Source: Planctomycetales bacterium (lineage in GTDB: Bacteria > 4484-113). Taken from it: a stretch of 24,856 bases of DNA. The stretch is taken from NCBI GenBank assembly GCA_037445915.1, contig JBBIJQ010000027.1, positions 1-24,856 on the forward strand. The letters run 5' to 3'. Below the pieces are notes generated by a model. The model was not told where the DNA came from, made no database searches, and saw nothing but the letters and a program-made list of their open reading frames with translations. Shown in pieces: positions 1-7,649 of this stretch. Position numbers and translations under genes: made by a program. Position 1 is the first letter of the stretch. Each line of letters starts with the position of its first letter.

Positions 1-951
1 TTTGCTCTGCTTCTCCTCCGCGATGCGGCTGGCGTTGCAGGCATCATCGGCGCAGCTTCCAATAACGCCACCGGCATTTCCGGCGTCGCAGGCGGCGGGA
101 AGGGCGGCCAAGGCGGAGTTAGGCTGATGATACTGCGCGTTGGCACGAACGGGAGCATCACCGTTGATGCTGAAGTCGCCGCGCTGGATTACGCTGTGCA
201 AAACGGCGCAAAGGTAATAAATATGAGCTTTGGCGGAGTGACCGGCGGCCCGCCTGAGGCAAACGCAATTACGCGCGCATGGAACGGCGGGGCAATAATT
301 CTCGCCGCTGCCGGCAATTACCCCGCCGGCAACCCAGGCGGCATTGACCTGCCGGCAGGCTTCCCCGAAGTCATCGCAGTCGGCGCGACAACCATATTCG
401 CCAGCCGCTCCGTCTTCCCGACTACTGCCATCGTCCCTGAGACCCTCGCTGATTACAGCAAGAAAGGCCCGCAGATGGGAGTAACCGCCCCAGGCACGCA
501 CATCATCACGCTCTTCGGGACTGAAGGCTACACTATTGACCCCGACACCCAGTTCCGCGGCACCAGCGCCGCCACTCCCATCGTAAGCGGATTTGCAGCC
601 CTTTTGGCGAGCTACTTCACGGCCGACAACAATGCTTCGCTGCGCAGCAGGATTGAAGCGTCAACCATTGATTTAGGCCCAGCCGGCTTTGATGAGAGCT
701 ACGGGCACGGCCGCATTGACATGGCCAAGGCATTCCGCAGCGCCCCGCCCCCGCCCCCGCCTGCGCTTGAAGGCGACGCCAACGCCGATGGCGTGGTGAA
801 CAATGCGGACGTGAATGAGCTCTCTAGCCGCTACGGCAAGCGCACAGGCGACTCCGGCTTTACGGCTGCCGCCGATACGAATACCGACGGTGTTATTGAC
901 GAGCTGGATATCTTCGCCATCGGCCTGAACTTCGGGAAGTCGGCTACTTAA
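1..951 (+). CDS. Subtilisin-family (S8) serine peptidase with Pro-rich linker and C-terminal dockerin-like domain, 5'-truncated at the window edge
   Basis: Frame is open from base 1 (GVAGIIGAASNNATGISGVA); VINMSFG, AAAGN (oxyanion Asn), VIAVGAT, GTSAATP (catalytic Ser), YGHGRID; then PPPPPPP and twin Ca-loop repeats GDANADGVVNNAD / ADTNTDGVIDELD. Confidence 0.9.
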   Translation, partial: FALLLLRDAAGVAGIIGAASNNATGISGVAGGGKGGQGGVRLMILRVGTNGSITVDAEVAALDYAVQNGAKVINMSFGGVTGGPPEANAITRAWNGGAIILAAAGNYPAGNPGGIDLPAGFPEVIAVGATTIFASRSVFPTTAIVPETLADYSKKGPQMGVTAPGTHIITLFGTEGYTIDPDTQFRGTSAATPIVSGFAALLASYFTADNNASLRSRIEASTIDLGPAGFDESYGHGRIDMAKAFRSAPPPPPPALEGDANADGVVNNADVNELSSRYGKRTGDSGFTAAADTNTDGVIDELDIFAIGLNFGKSAT

Positions 952-974
952 GCGCGGCTCAATCTAGCGCAATT

Positions 975-1472
975 CTACGACAGCTTTTTGACCTGCTGCG
1001 GAGGCGTCTGGCGCTGAAGGGCGTCAACCCAGTCGCAAGCCTTCTTGCCCTCAATCATCAGCTCGGGGTTCATCTCGCAAAGCGGTAGCATGACGAACAG
1101 GCGCATGGTCGCGCGCGGGTGCGGGATAAAGAGCGCAGGCGTTGCGAGTATGAGGTCGCCGTAAGTGATGATGTCTATGTCCAGCACGCGGTCATGGACT
1201 CCCGGTGGCTCGCCAGCGCGCTCACGCCCCATTTCCTTCTCAATCACGCGGCAATTGTCAAACAGCACGGGAGGCGGCAGGCTGGTTAGGATGCAGGCCG
1301 CGCAGTTGATGAACCAGTTAACGCTGCGGTAGCCGACTGGGCTTGTTTCGTAAAAGCTGCTTGCCGCGACGAATTGGGAATCGGGAAGGCGGGCCAGCCG
1401 TGCCATCGCGCCGCGCATGGTCTCGATCCGGTCGCCCAGGTTCGCACCCAAGGATAGGTATGCGAGCTGCAT
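975..1472 (-). CDS. folK: 2-amino-4-hydroxy-6-hydroxymethyldihydropteridine diphosphokinase (HPPK)
   Basis: AYLSLGANLGDR, SSFYETSP, FIN, RVLDIDII, IPHPRATMRLFVMLPL motifs; 165 aa. Confidence 0.95.
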   Translation of the reverse strand: MQLAYLSLGANLGDRIETMRGAMARLARLPDSQFVAASSFYETSPVGYRSVNWFINCAACILTSLPPPVLFDNCRVIEKEMGRERAGEPPGVHDRVLDIDIITYGDLILATPALFIPHPRATMRLFVMLPLCEMNPELMIEGKKACDWVDALQRQTPPQQVKKLS

Positions 1473-1479
1473 GGGGAGA

Positions 1480-1488
1480 ATGATAGCA
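1480..1488 (-). promoter_or_regulatory. Extended -10 (TGcTATCAT) 7 nt upstream of the folK ATG; predicted leaderless promoter
   Basis: Minus strand reads TGC-TATCAT-tctcccc-ATG; no SD in the spacer. Confidence 0.65.
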
Positions 1489-1541
1489 CGGACGCGCCGG
1501 GAAGGGGGTAAAGAAAGGGGTAAGGGACAAGTTATAGAGCC

Positions 1542-1647
1542 GTAGGTCGGGCTTTAGCCTGGCTCTGGGAATCGGGGTTCGGTGTTAGGGGTTCGGGGTT
1601 CGGATTCCAGAGTCCAGATTCCAGAGCGGGACTGAAGTCCCGCCTAC
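1542..1647. repeat. Inverted pair of GTAG-type REP-like hairpins separated by a heptamer tandem array
   Basis: GTAG-GTCGGGCT-TT-AGCCTGGC (1542-1563); eight in-phase heptamers 1567-1622 (gggaatc ggggttc ggtgtta ggggttc ggggttc ggattcc agagtcc agattcc); GCGGGACT-GA-AGTCCCGC-CTAC (1626-1647). Confidence 0.8.
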
Positions 1648-1666
1648 AATTGGATAAACACTCCTC

Positions 1667-1675
1667 TGGTATACT
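1667..1675 (+). promoter_or_regulatory. Extended -10 (TGgTATACT) 6 nt upstream of the uvrC GTG; predicted leaderless promoter
   Basis: TGG-TATACT-ccaaat-GTG; no SD. Confidence 0.65.
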
Positions 1676-1681
1676 CCAAAT

Positions 1682-3628
1682 GTGGAGCTTCGCTGGGAAG
1701 ACATCCTGCGGGCGGTGCCGCATGCGCCGGGCGTCTATGAGTTCAAGGACGAGCGCGGGCGGCCCATCTACATCGGCAAGGCGCTGGACCTGCACGACCG
1801 CGTGCGGCAATACTGCGCGCAGACCGACAGCCGCGCCGCGATGGTGCGCCGTTTGCTCGCCAAGGCGCAGGACCTTACCTTCATCGTCACGCCCACCGAG
1901 TTTGACGCGCTGGTGCTGGAAGCGAACCTCATCAAGCAGTTCAAGCCGCATTTCAACATCCTGCTCAAAGACGATAAGTCGTTCCCCTACGTGAAGCTCT
2001 GCAAGGAGAAATACCCGCGTATACTGCTCACGCGGCGGTGGGTGCAGGACGGCGGCAGTTACTGGGGGCCGTTCACCAACGTGCGCGCAGTGCGGTCCAC
2101 GCTCAAGTTCGTCGCGGGGCTGTTCGGAGTGCGCACCTGCGGGCTGGAGATTGACGGCAAGAAGAAATACCCGAAGCCGTGCCTTGATTACCACTTGAAG
2201 CTTTGCACCGCGCCCTGCGTGAATTACGTCACCGCGCAGGATTACCGCGCGCAGTGCGATGCGCTCGGCAAGTTTTACAGCGGGCGCTATGCCGAGGTGC
2301 AGGCGGAGCTTAAGGCGAGGATGCAGGCGGCGTCTAAGCAGCAGCGTTACGAGCAGGCGGCGCGCTACCGGGACTTGCTGCGCTCGCTGGAGAAGGTCAT
2401 CCACAAGTCGCGCGTCGTCGCCAAGCCCGGCGAGGACATTGACGCGGTGGGCTTCGCCGCAAGCGGGGACACGCTGATGATTGTCGTGCTGCAGGTGCGC
2501 GACGGGCGGCTCATCGGCGACCGTGAATTCGTGCTGGAAAACGAGCTTGGGCAGACACGGCGCGAGCTGCTCGCGGGCTTCATCAAGCTTTACTACTTCC
2601 ACCCCACGAACATCCCGCAGGAGATACTGCTGCCCTTTGCGCCGGAGGAGCACGAGCTTCTGGCGCGGTTCATCAGCGAGAAGAAGGGAAGCGTTGTGCG
2701 CACGCACGCCCCGCAGCGCGGCGCAAAGAAGGAGCTTTCGCAGCTTGCAGAGGAGAATGCGCAGGAGCGGATGCGGGCGCATCTAGTCCGCGCGCCGAAA
2801 GTCCGCGAGCCGGGGAATGCAGCGCGCATCCTCGCGGAAGTCTTGCAGCTTGAGGCGCCGCCTTCGCGCATTGAAGGCTACGACATCAGCAACATAATGG
2901 GGCGGCAGGCGTCGGGGAGCATGGTCGTGTTCACGCAGGGCCAACCCGAGCCGGCGGCATACCGGCTGTTCAACATCAAGCTCAAGCAGACGCCCGACGA
3001 CTTTGCGATGATGCGCGAAGTGCTGCGGCGGCGTTTCCTGCGCATGCTAACCGACGATGCGTGGCAGGCCGTTCCCGACGTGATACTGCTGGACGGCGGT
3101 AAGGGGCAGCTTTCAACGGTGGTGGAGCTGCAGCGCGAGCTAGCGGACGACCCCGCATTCAGCACCGAGCAGCGCGACATGCTGCTGCGCCCGCGCCTGG
3201 CATCGCTTGCTAAGCGCGAGGAGATTATTTATTTCAGCGACGACGAGGGTAAGACGCAGGAAGTGAAGCTTGAGGAGACGGACCCGGGGCTTTCGCTGCT
3301 CGTGAGCATACGCGACGAGGCGCACCGGTTCTGCCTCAAGCAGCACCGCGCGCGGCGCGAAAAGGCCACGATACATTCGGCGCTGGACGACATACCGGGC
3401 ATCGGGCCGGTGCGGCGCAAGAAGCTTATGCGCAAATTCGGGTCGCTGGAGAAGATGCGGCTGGCCGGCGCGGACGGCATCGCGGATGTGCCGGGCGTGA
3501 GCCTCGCGCTGGCGCAGCGTATTTACGCCGCGCTGCTTGAGGAGGCGTTTGTGGAAATCGCAGTGGAGGAGACCAACTTCCGCCGCCGCATGTCGCTTCG
3601 GCCGGTGCAGGCGGACGTGGAGGAGTGA
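1682..3628 (+). CDS. uvrC: Excinuclease ABC subunit C
   Basis: GIY-YIG (PGVYEF..IYIGKA), KDDKSFPY, Cys cluster, UVR coil (YEQAARYRD), RIEGYDISN, DGGKGQL, RDEAHRF, HhH LDDIPGIGP. Confidence 0.98.
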   Translation: MELRWEDILRAVPHAPGVYEFKDERGRPIYIGKALDLHDRVRQYCAQTDSRAAMVRRLLAKAQDLTFIVTPTEFDALVLEANLIKQFKPHFNILLKDDKSFPYVKLCKEKYPRILLTRRWVQDGGSYWGPFTNVRAVRSTLKFVAGLFGVRTCGLEIDGKKKYPKPCLDYHLKLCTAPCVNYVTAQDYRAQCDALGKFYSGRYAEVQAELKARMQAASKQQRYEQAARYRDLLRSLEKVIHKSRVVAKPGEDIDAVGFAASGDTLMIVVLQVRDGRLIGDREFVLENELGQTRRELLAGFIKLYYFHPTNIPQEILLPFAPEEHELLARFISEKKGSVVRTHAPQRGAKKELSQLAEENAQERMRAHLVRAPKVREPGNAARILAEVLQLEAPPSRIEGYDISNIMGRQASGSMVVFTQGQPEPAAYRLFNIKLKQTPDDFAMMREVLRRRFLRMLTDDAWQAVPDVILLDGGKGQLSTVVELQRELADDPAFSTEQRDMLLRPRLASLAKREEIIYFSDDEGKTQEVKLEETDPGLSLLVSIRDEAHRFCLKQHRARREKATIHSALDDIPGIGPVRRKKLMRKFGSLEKMRLAGADGIADVPGVSLALAQRIYAALLEEAFVEIAVEETNFRRRMSLRPVQADVEE

Positions 3629-3710
3629 GGGAAGGGGTTAGGGGAGAGGGCGACAGAAAGGGATTAGGGCCAGAATCCAGATTCCAGAGCGGCACTTAAG
3701 TTCCGCCTAC
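3629..3710. repeat. Second copy of the G-tract/heptamer/REP-like composite repeat
   Basis: gggaaggggttaggggagaggg, then cagaatccagattccaga, then GCGGCACT-TA-AGTTCCGC-CTAC (3689-3710), between convergent genes. Confidence 0.75.
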
Positions 3711-3723
3711 AAGCGGGAGGCTG

Positions 3724-4935
3724 TTACTCATACCGCAGGCTGTCCACGGGATCCAAGTTGGCGGCGCGGTAGGCGGGGAGGATGCCGAAGACAAGGCCGG
3801 TGGCAAAGCTGAAGGATAGCGCGGTGACGACTGTGCGCAGCGTGAGGTAGAACGGCCATTCCACGTTGATGCATAGCAGCCACACGCCGCCAGCGCCGAT
3901 GATGAAACCCAGCACCTGCCCCGCGAAGACTTGCAGCAGCGTTTCGGTGAGGAACTGCGCGAGGATATCGTTCTTGCGCGCGCCGCACGCGCGCCGCACG
4001 CCAATTTCGCGCGTCTGCTCCATCACACTCATGAGCATCACGGTCATTATGAGGATGCCCGCGACGATGAGCGCGACGCTGGAGACGGCGAGGAGGATGA
4101 CGGAGAAGATGCGGAAGGTTTTCTCCATCGTCGTCGTGAGCTGGCGCATGGAGAACGCCTGGAACTCGTCTTGCGTTTTGGGGTCAAGCCCCTTGGCTGC
4201 GGCAAGGTCTGCCTTCACGCGCTTGACGACTTCTTCGCTGTCCATCCCGTTGGGGTGTTTCAAGACGATGGTATGGATATAGGGGTAGTTGAAGACGCGC
4301 TGGATAGTCGACAGGGGCGAAAACACGCGGTCGTCAAAGCTCTCAAAGCCGATGCGCCCCTTTTCTTGGAACGTGCCGATAACGGTGAACTTCTCCCCTT
4401 TCATCACGACTTGCTTGCCGACAGCGCCGCCATTGGGGAACAGCTTGGCCGTCACGTCTGAGCCTAAGACCAGCACCGACGCGCCCTGCTTCGATTCTTC
4501 ATCGGTGAACATGCGCCCTTCAACAAGCTTGTAAGGACGGATTGTCACGAATGTTGGAAGTGCGCCGACGATTGTGGAGAATTTGCGCTTGTCCTGGTAA
4601 GCGACGAACGCGGGGAGGATGAGCATGGGGGAGCCTGCTTCCACGTAGGGCTTGCCGCGCAGCGTTTCCCAGTCCTTCATCTGCAGGAACGACGCCGCGC
4701 TGGACGACTGGTTGTCCATCGGGCTGCTTTCCATGTCAAAGTAAGGGGTAACGAATATCGCATTAGCGCCGAGTTCTTCAATCAGCCGCGATGCCTGGCC
4801 GCGCGCGCTTTCAGAAATGGACATTAGCGCGATGATGTTGGCCACGCCTATCGCGATACCGAGGATGGTGAGGAACGAGGTTAGCTTCCTTGCCCAGAGC
4901 CGCCTGAAGGCGTAAACAATCAGCGCGTTTAGCAC
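3724..4935 (-). CDS. MacB/FtsX-family ABC transporter permease
   Basis: SFLTILGIAIGVA TM1, large extracytoplasmic domain (EGRMFT, VLGSDV, VIGTF), then IMTVMLMSVMEQTREIGVRRACGA..ILAQFLTE and FGILPAYRAANLDPVDSLRYE. Confidence 0.93.
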   Translation of the reverse strand: MLNALIVYAFRRLWARKLTSFLTILGIAIGVANIIALMSISESARGQASRLIEELGANAIFVTPYFDMESSPMDNQSSSAASFLQMKDWETLRGKPYVEAGSPMLILPAFVAYQDKRKFSTIVGALPTFVTIRPYKLVEGRMFTDEESKQGASVLVLGSDVTAKLFPNGGAVGKQVVMKGEKFTVIGTFQEKGRIGFESFDDRVFSPLSTIQRVFNYPYIHTIVLKHPNGMDSEEVVKRVKADLAAAKGLDPKTQDEFQAFSMRQLTTTMEKTFRIFSVILLAVSSVALIVAGILIMTVMLMSVMEQTREIGVRRACGARKNDILAQFLTETLLQVFAGQVLGFIIGAGGVWLLCINVEWPFYLTLRTVVTALSFSFATGLVFGILPAYRAANLDPVDSLRYE

Positions 4936-4941
4936 CTATGT

Positions 4942-4947
4942 ATTATA
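4942..4947 (-). promoter_or_regulatory. Perfect -10 (TATAAT) 6 nt upstream of the permease GTG; predicted leaderless promoter
   Basis: Minus strand reads TATAAT-acatag-GTG. Confidence 0.65.
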
Positions 4948-4960
4948 GTGAATCGGGAAT

Positions 4961-4991
4961 TTGACTTCCGAAAAGCCGGTTGCGGTATAAT
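4961..4991 (+). promoter_or_regulatory. sigma70-like promoter for the PRC-barrel gene
   Basis: TTGACT (4961-4966), 19-nt spacer (long), TATAAT (4986-4991). Confidence 0.5.
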
Positions 4992-5029
4992 ATTATTGAC
5001 AGGAAGCGCCCAAAGCAGGGCTGCCGTGA

Positions 5030-5866
5030 ATGGAAGAGCACGGAAAAACGTTTAATACGCGGGAATTGCTCAAGGCCGACGTGGTTGAGCTGAAGAGCGG
5101 TTCGGTCGTGGGGAGGGTCGCCGAGGCCATTGTAAACACCCGCCTGGGCGCTGTTGAATTCCTCGGCATCCGCCCTGCACAGTGGCACGACCCGGGGCTG
5201 CTCCTCAGCACTGCGGACATCCTAGGCTTTGACGAAACAGTGCTGCTCATCCGCGACGGCGCCTTGCTCGTTCCGTTTGACGACAGCAAGTGCGAGGCGC
5301 AATACGCGACCTGCACCGACCTCTACAAGCTTACCCTCATTGACAACGAAGGCCGCGTACTCGGGCGGCCCGTCGGCTGCGTCTTCAGCGCATCGGGGCA
5401 CATCGTCGCGCTGGAGGCGGAAAAGGACCTGGTCGTGCATTTCGTGAGCCTCGGGCGCATCATCGCGGTTAGCCAACGCTTTGTAGTCGCAGACTTGAAA
5501 CAGCAACCCGGGCATGGCCAACGCGGCGCCGCGCCCAGGCGCGAAGGGCGCGCGGGCGAAAGCGCTGTCCGCTTAGCGCAAGAAGAAGATGTAGCGACGG
5601 ACGACAATAGCAGGCACGGCAGCATCGCGGCGAAATACCGCGAGAGGCAAGTCCAGCTTATGATGGGAAAGGTTTCACCGGTCACTCTCAACGGCAAGAA
5701 CGGCCACCCCATTGTCTCGCCGGGCGAGACAATCACCGGCCGCATAATCAACCGGCTGATAGACGAAGAACTGCTGAACGACTTGTTCATCGCGTTGACC
5801 GTGCACCACGGCAACATCCCCGACAACGAGCCGGAAGTAAAGCCGGAGTATGACGGAAGGGGTTAG
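5030..5866 (+). CDS. Tandem PRC-barrel domain protein
   Basis: Two PRC-like units (ELLKADVVELKSGSVVGRVAEAIVN..ILGFDETVLLI; DLYKLTLIDNEGRVLGRPVGCVF..IIAVSQRFVV), a disordered linker and a small C-terminal domain. Confidence 0.7.
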   Translation: MEEHGKTFNTRELLKADVVELKSGSVVGRVAEAIVNTRLGAVEFLGIRPAQWHDPGLLLSTADILGFDETVLLIRDGALLVPFDDSKCEAQYATCTDLYKLTLIDNEGRVLGRPVGCVFSASGHIVALEAEKDLVVHFVSLGRIIAVSQRFVVADLKQQPGHGQRGAAPRREGRAGESAVRLAQEEDVATDDNSRHGSIAAKYRERQVQLMMGKVSPVTLNGKNGHPIVSPGETITGRIINRLIDEELLNDLFIALTVHHGNIPDNEPEVKPEYDGRG

Positions 5867-5989
5867 GGTAAGGCTTTTAGATTCCAGATACCAGAACCAG
5901 ACGGCGGCCCACAGGTGGCCGCCCCGCCAAAGGCGGGCAAGCCTTCAGCAGATTCCAGATTCCCAGAGCGGCACTGAAGTGCCGCCTAC
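5867..5989. repeat. Third copy of the heptamer/REP-like composite repeat with two additional hairpins
   Basis: attccag ataccag aaccag; GGCGGCC-N7-GGCCGCC (5903-5923); CCCGCC-AAA-GGCGGG (5923-5937); gattccagattcccaga; GCGGCACT-GA-AGTGCCGC-CTAC (5968-5989). Confidence 0.8.
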
Positions 5990-6020
5990 CCTAACATTAA
6001 TGATAGGCTGAATCAAACGC

Positions 6021-7079
6021 CTAGCTGAATTGGCGGAGGAAGCGGAGGTCGTTTTCAAAGAACATGCGGGCGTCGGGGACTTGATAGAGAACCTGCGCCA
6101 TGCGCTCAACGCCGAAGCCGAAAGCCCATCCGCTGTAAACATCGGGGTCTATGCCGGAATCGCGCAGCACTTGCGGGTGCACCATGCCACAGCCCATGAC
6201 TTCTATCCATCCCGATTGCTTGCACACGCGGCAGCCAACGCCTGCGCAAAACGGGCAGGTCACCGCCATCTCTGCGCCAGGCTCCACGAAGGGGAAATAA
6301 TCAGGGCGCAGGCGCACTTTCGTTTCCGGGCCAAAGAACTGGCGAGCGTATTCGGAGAGTATCCAGCGCATATTCGCCATGCTTATGCCCTTGCCGATTT
6401 GCAGCCCTTCAATTTGGTGGAACGCAGGCGTATGCGTCGCATCGGGACGGTCACGGCGGAAAGTGCGCCCCGGGGAAATCATCTGCACGATGACGTCGCC
6501 CGGCTCTTCCTCGCGCTCCTTGAGCTGCTTCATGATGCGCTCCATCACGCGCACCTGCACCGGCGACGTGTGCGTGCGCAGGATGAGCCCCGGCGCGAGG
6601 AAGTATGTGTCAACGTCGTCGCGCGCGGGATGGTCGGCGGGGATATTCAACCTATCAAAGTTGTATTCCTCAAGCTCCATCTCTGGGCCTGCGTAAACGT
6701 CAAAGCCCATTGACGTGAAGATGCCGATGATACGGCGCATCGCGGACTGCACCGGATGCAGGCGGCCCACCTGCACGCGCGTGCCGGGAAGGCTGTCGTC
6801 AAAGAACGATTGCGCGGATTTGGCTTTGGATGCGAGCGCGGATTCAAGCTCAGCAAACGCCTGCTCAAGCTCCTGCTTGAGGGCGTTCACGCTCTGGCCG
6901 TAGTCTTTGCGGTCGTTTGCGGGGACGTCTTTTATCGCGGCGAGCGCGTCTTTGATGAAACCCTTGCCGCCAACAGAACGCGACTTAAGCTGCGCGAGTT
7001 CGTCGGGCGTAGATGAAGCTTTCACGGCGGCAACCGTCTCCGCGGTGAGGGAGGCCAGTTCTTCAAGCGAGCGCGGCAA
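6021..7079 (-). CDS. pheS: Phenylalanine--tRNA ligase alpha subunit
   Basis: GRLHP, NFDRLNIPADHPAR, LRTHTSPVQ, FHQIEG, RPDYFPFVEP, WIEVMGCGMVHP, FGFGVER, ENDLRFLRQF; TTG start. Confidence 0.98.
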   Translation of the reverse strand: MPRSLEELASLTAETVAAVKASSTPDELAQLKSRSVGGKGFIKDALAAIKDVPANDRKDYGQSVNALKQELEQAFAELESALASKAKSAQSFFDDSLPGTRVQVGRLHPVQSAMRRIIGIFTSMGFDVYAGPEMELEEYNFDRLNIPADHPARDDVDTYFLAPGLILRTHTSPVQVRVMERIMKQLKEREEEPGDVIVQMISPGRTFRRDRPDATHTPAFHQIEGLQIGKGISMANMRWILSEYARQFFGPETKVRLRPDYFPFVEPGAEMAVTCPFCAGVGCRVCKQSGWIEVMGCGMVHPQVLRDSGIDPDVYSGWAFGFGVERMAQVLYQVPDARMFFENDLRFLRQFS

Positions 7080-7089
7080 TGTTTAACCC

Positions 7090-7443
7090 CTAGAGGTTCT
7101 TGCGCGCCAGATCAATGAGGTTGACGAAGGCTGCGTTATCAAACATCGCCAGCTCGGCGAGCGACTTGCGGTCAAGCACAACGCCGGCCTTGTTCAAGCC
7201 GGAAATAAATGCTGAATAAGTCATCCCAGTAGCGCGGCAGGCGGCGTTGATGCGGGCAATCCAAAGCCTGCGCTGGTCGCGCTTGCGCAAACGACGGTGC
7301 TCGTAGGCATACTGGCCGGCGTGCATGACTGCTTCTTTAGCGGCGCGGTACAGGCGCTTGCGCGCTCCACGGTATCCGCTGGCGAGCTTAAGGATGCGGC
7401 GGCGGCGGGTGCGGGAAGCTACACTTCTTTTAACGCGTGTCAT
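7090..7443 (-). CDS. rplT: 50S ribosomal protein L20
   Basis: [36 protein letters not shown]; canonical position after rpmI. Confidence 0.98.
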   Translation of the reverse strand: MTRVKRSVASRTRRRRILKLASGYRGARKRLYRAAKEAVMHAGQYAYEHRRLRKRDQRRLWIARINAACRATGMTYSAFISGLNKAGVVLDRKSLAELAMFDNAAFVNLIDLARKNL

Positions 7444-7649
7444 TAACCCTTACCCCCCAGAAGCTCAGTGTATCTCTTGCGGTCGGGCGCGGCGACTTCA
7501 ACCGAAACGGCGAGGCTGCGCTTCTGGCGCGAGGATTTCTTGGACAGCATGTGTCGTGAGCAGGCGAGCTTCCTAAGAAGCTTCCCGCTCTTTGTTCGGC
7601 GAATCCGCTTCGCGGTCGCTTGATGTGTTTTCACTTTTTGTTTTGGCAT
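7443..7649 (-). CDS. rpmI: 50S ribosomal protein L35
   Basis: [38 protein letters not shown] upstream; TAATG coupling to rplT. Confidence 0.96.
   Translation of the reverse strand: MPKQKVKTHQATAKRIRRTKSGKLLRKLACSRHMLSKKSSRQKRSLAVSVEVAAPDRKRYTELLGGKG

Noticed and set aside
1532-2782. 416-aa ORF antisense to uvrC
   Set aside because: Shadow ORF of a GC-rich gene; no recognisable motifs, and its tail is simply translated heptamer/REP repeat.
1542-5989. Possible CRISPR array from the recurring palindromic 22-mers
   Set aside because: Copies are about 2 kb apart and separated by whole genes; no spacer periodicity and no cas genes.
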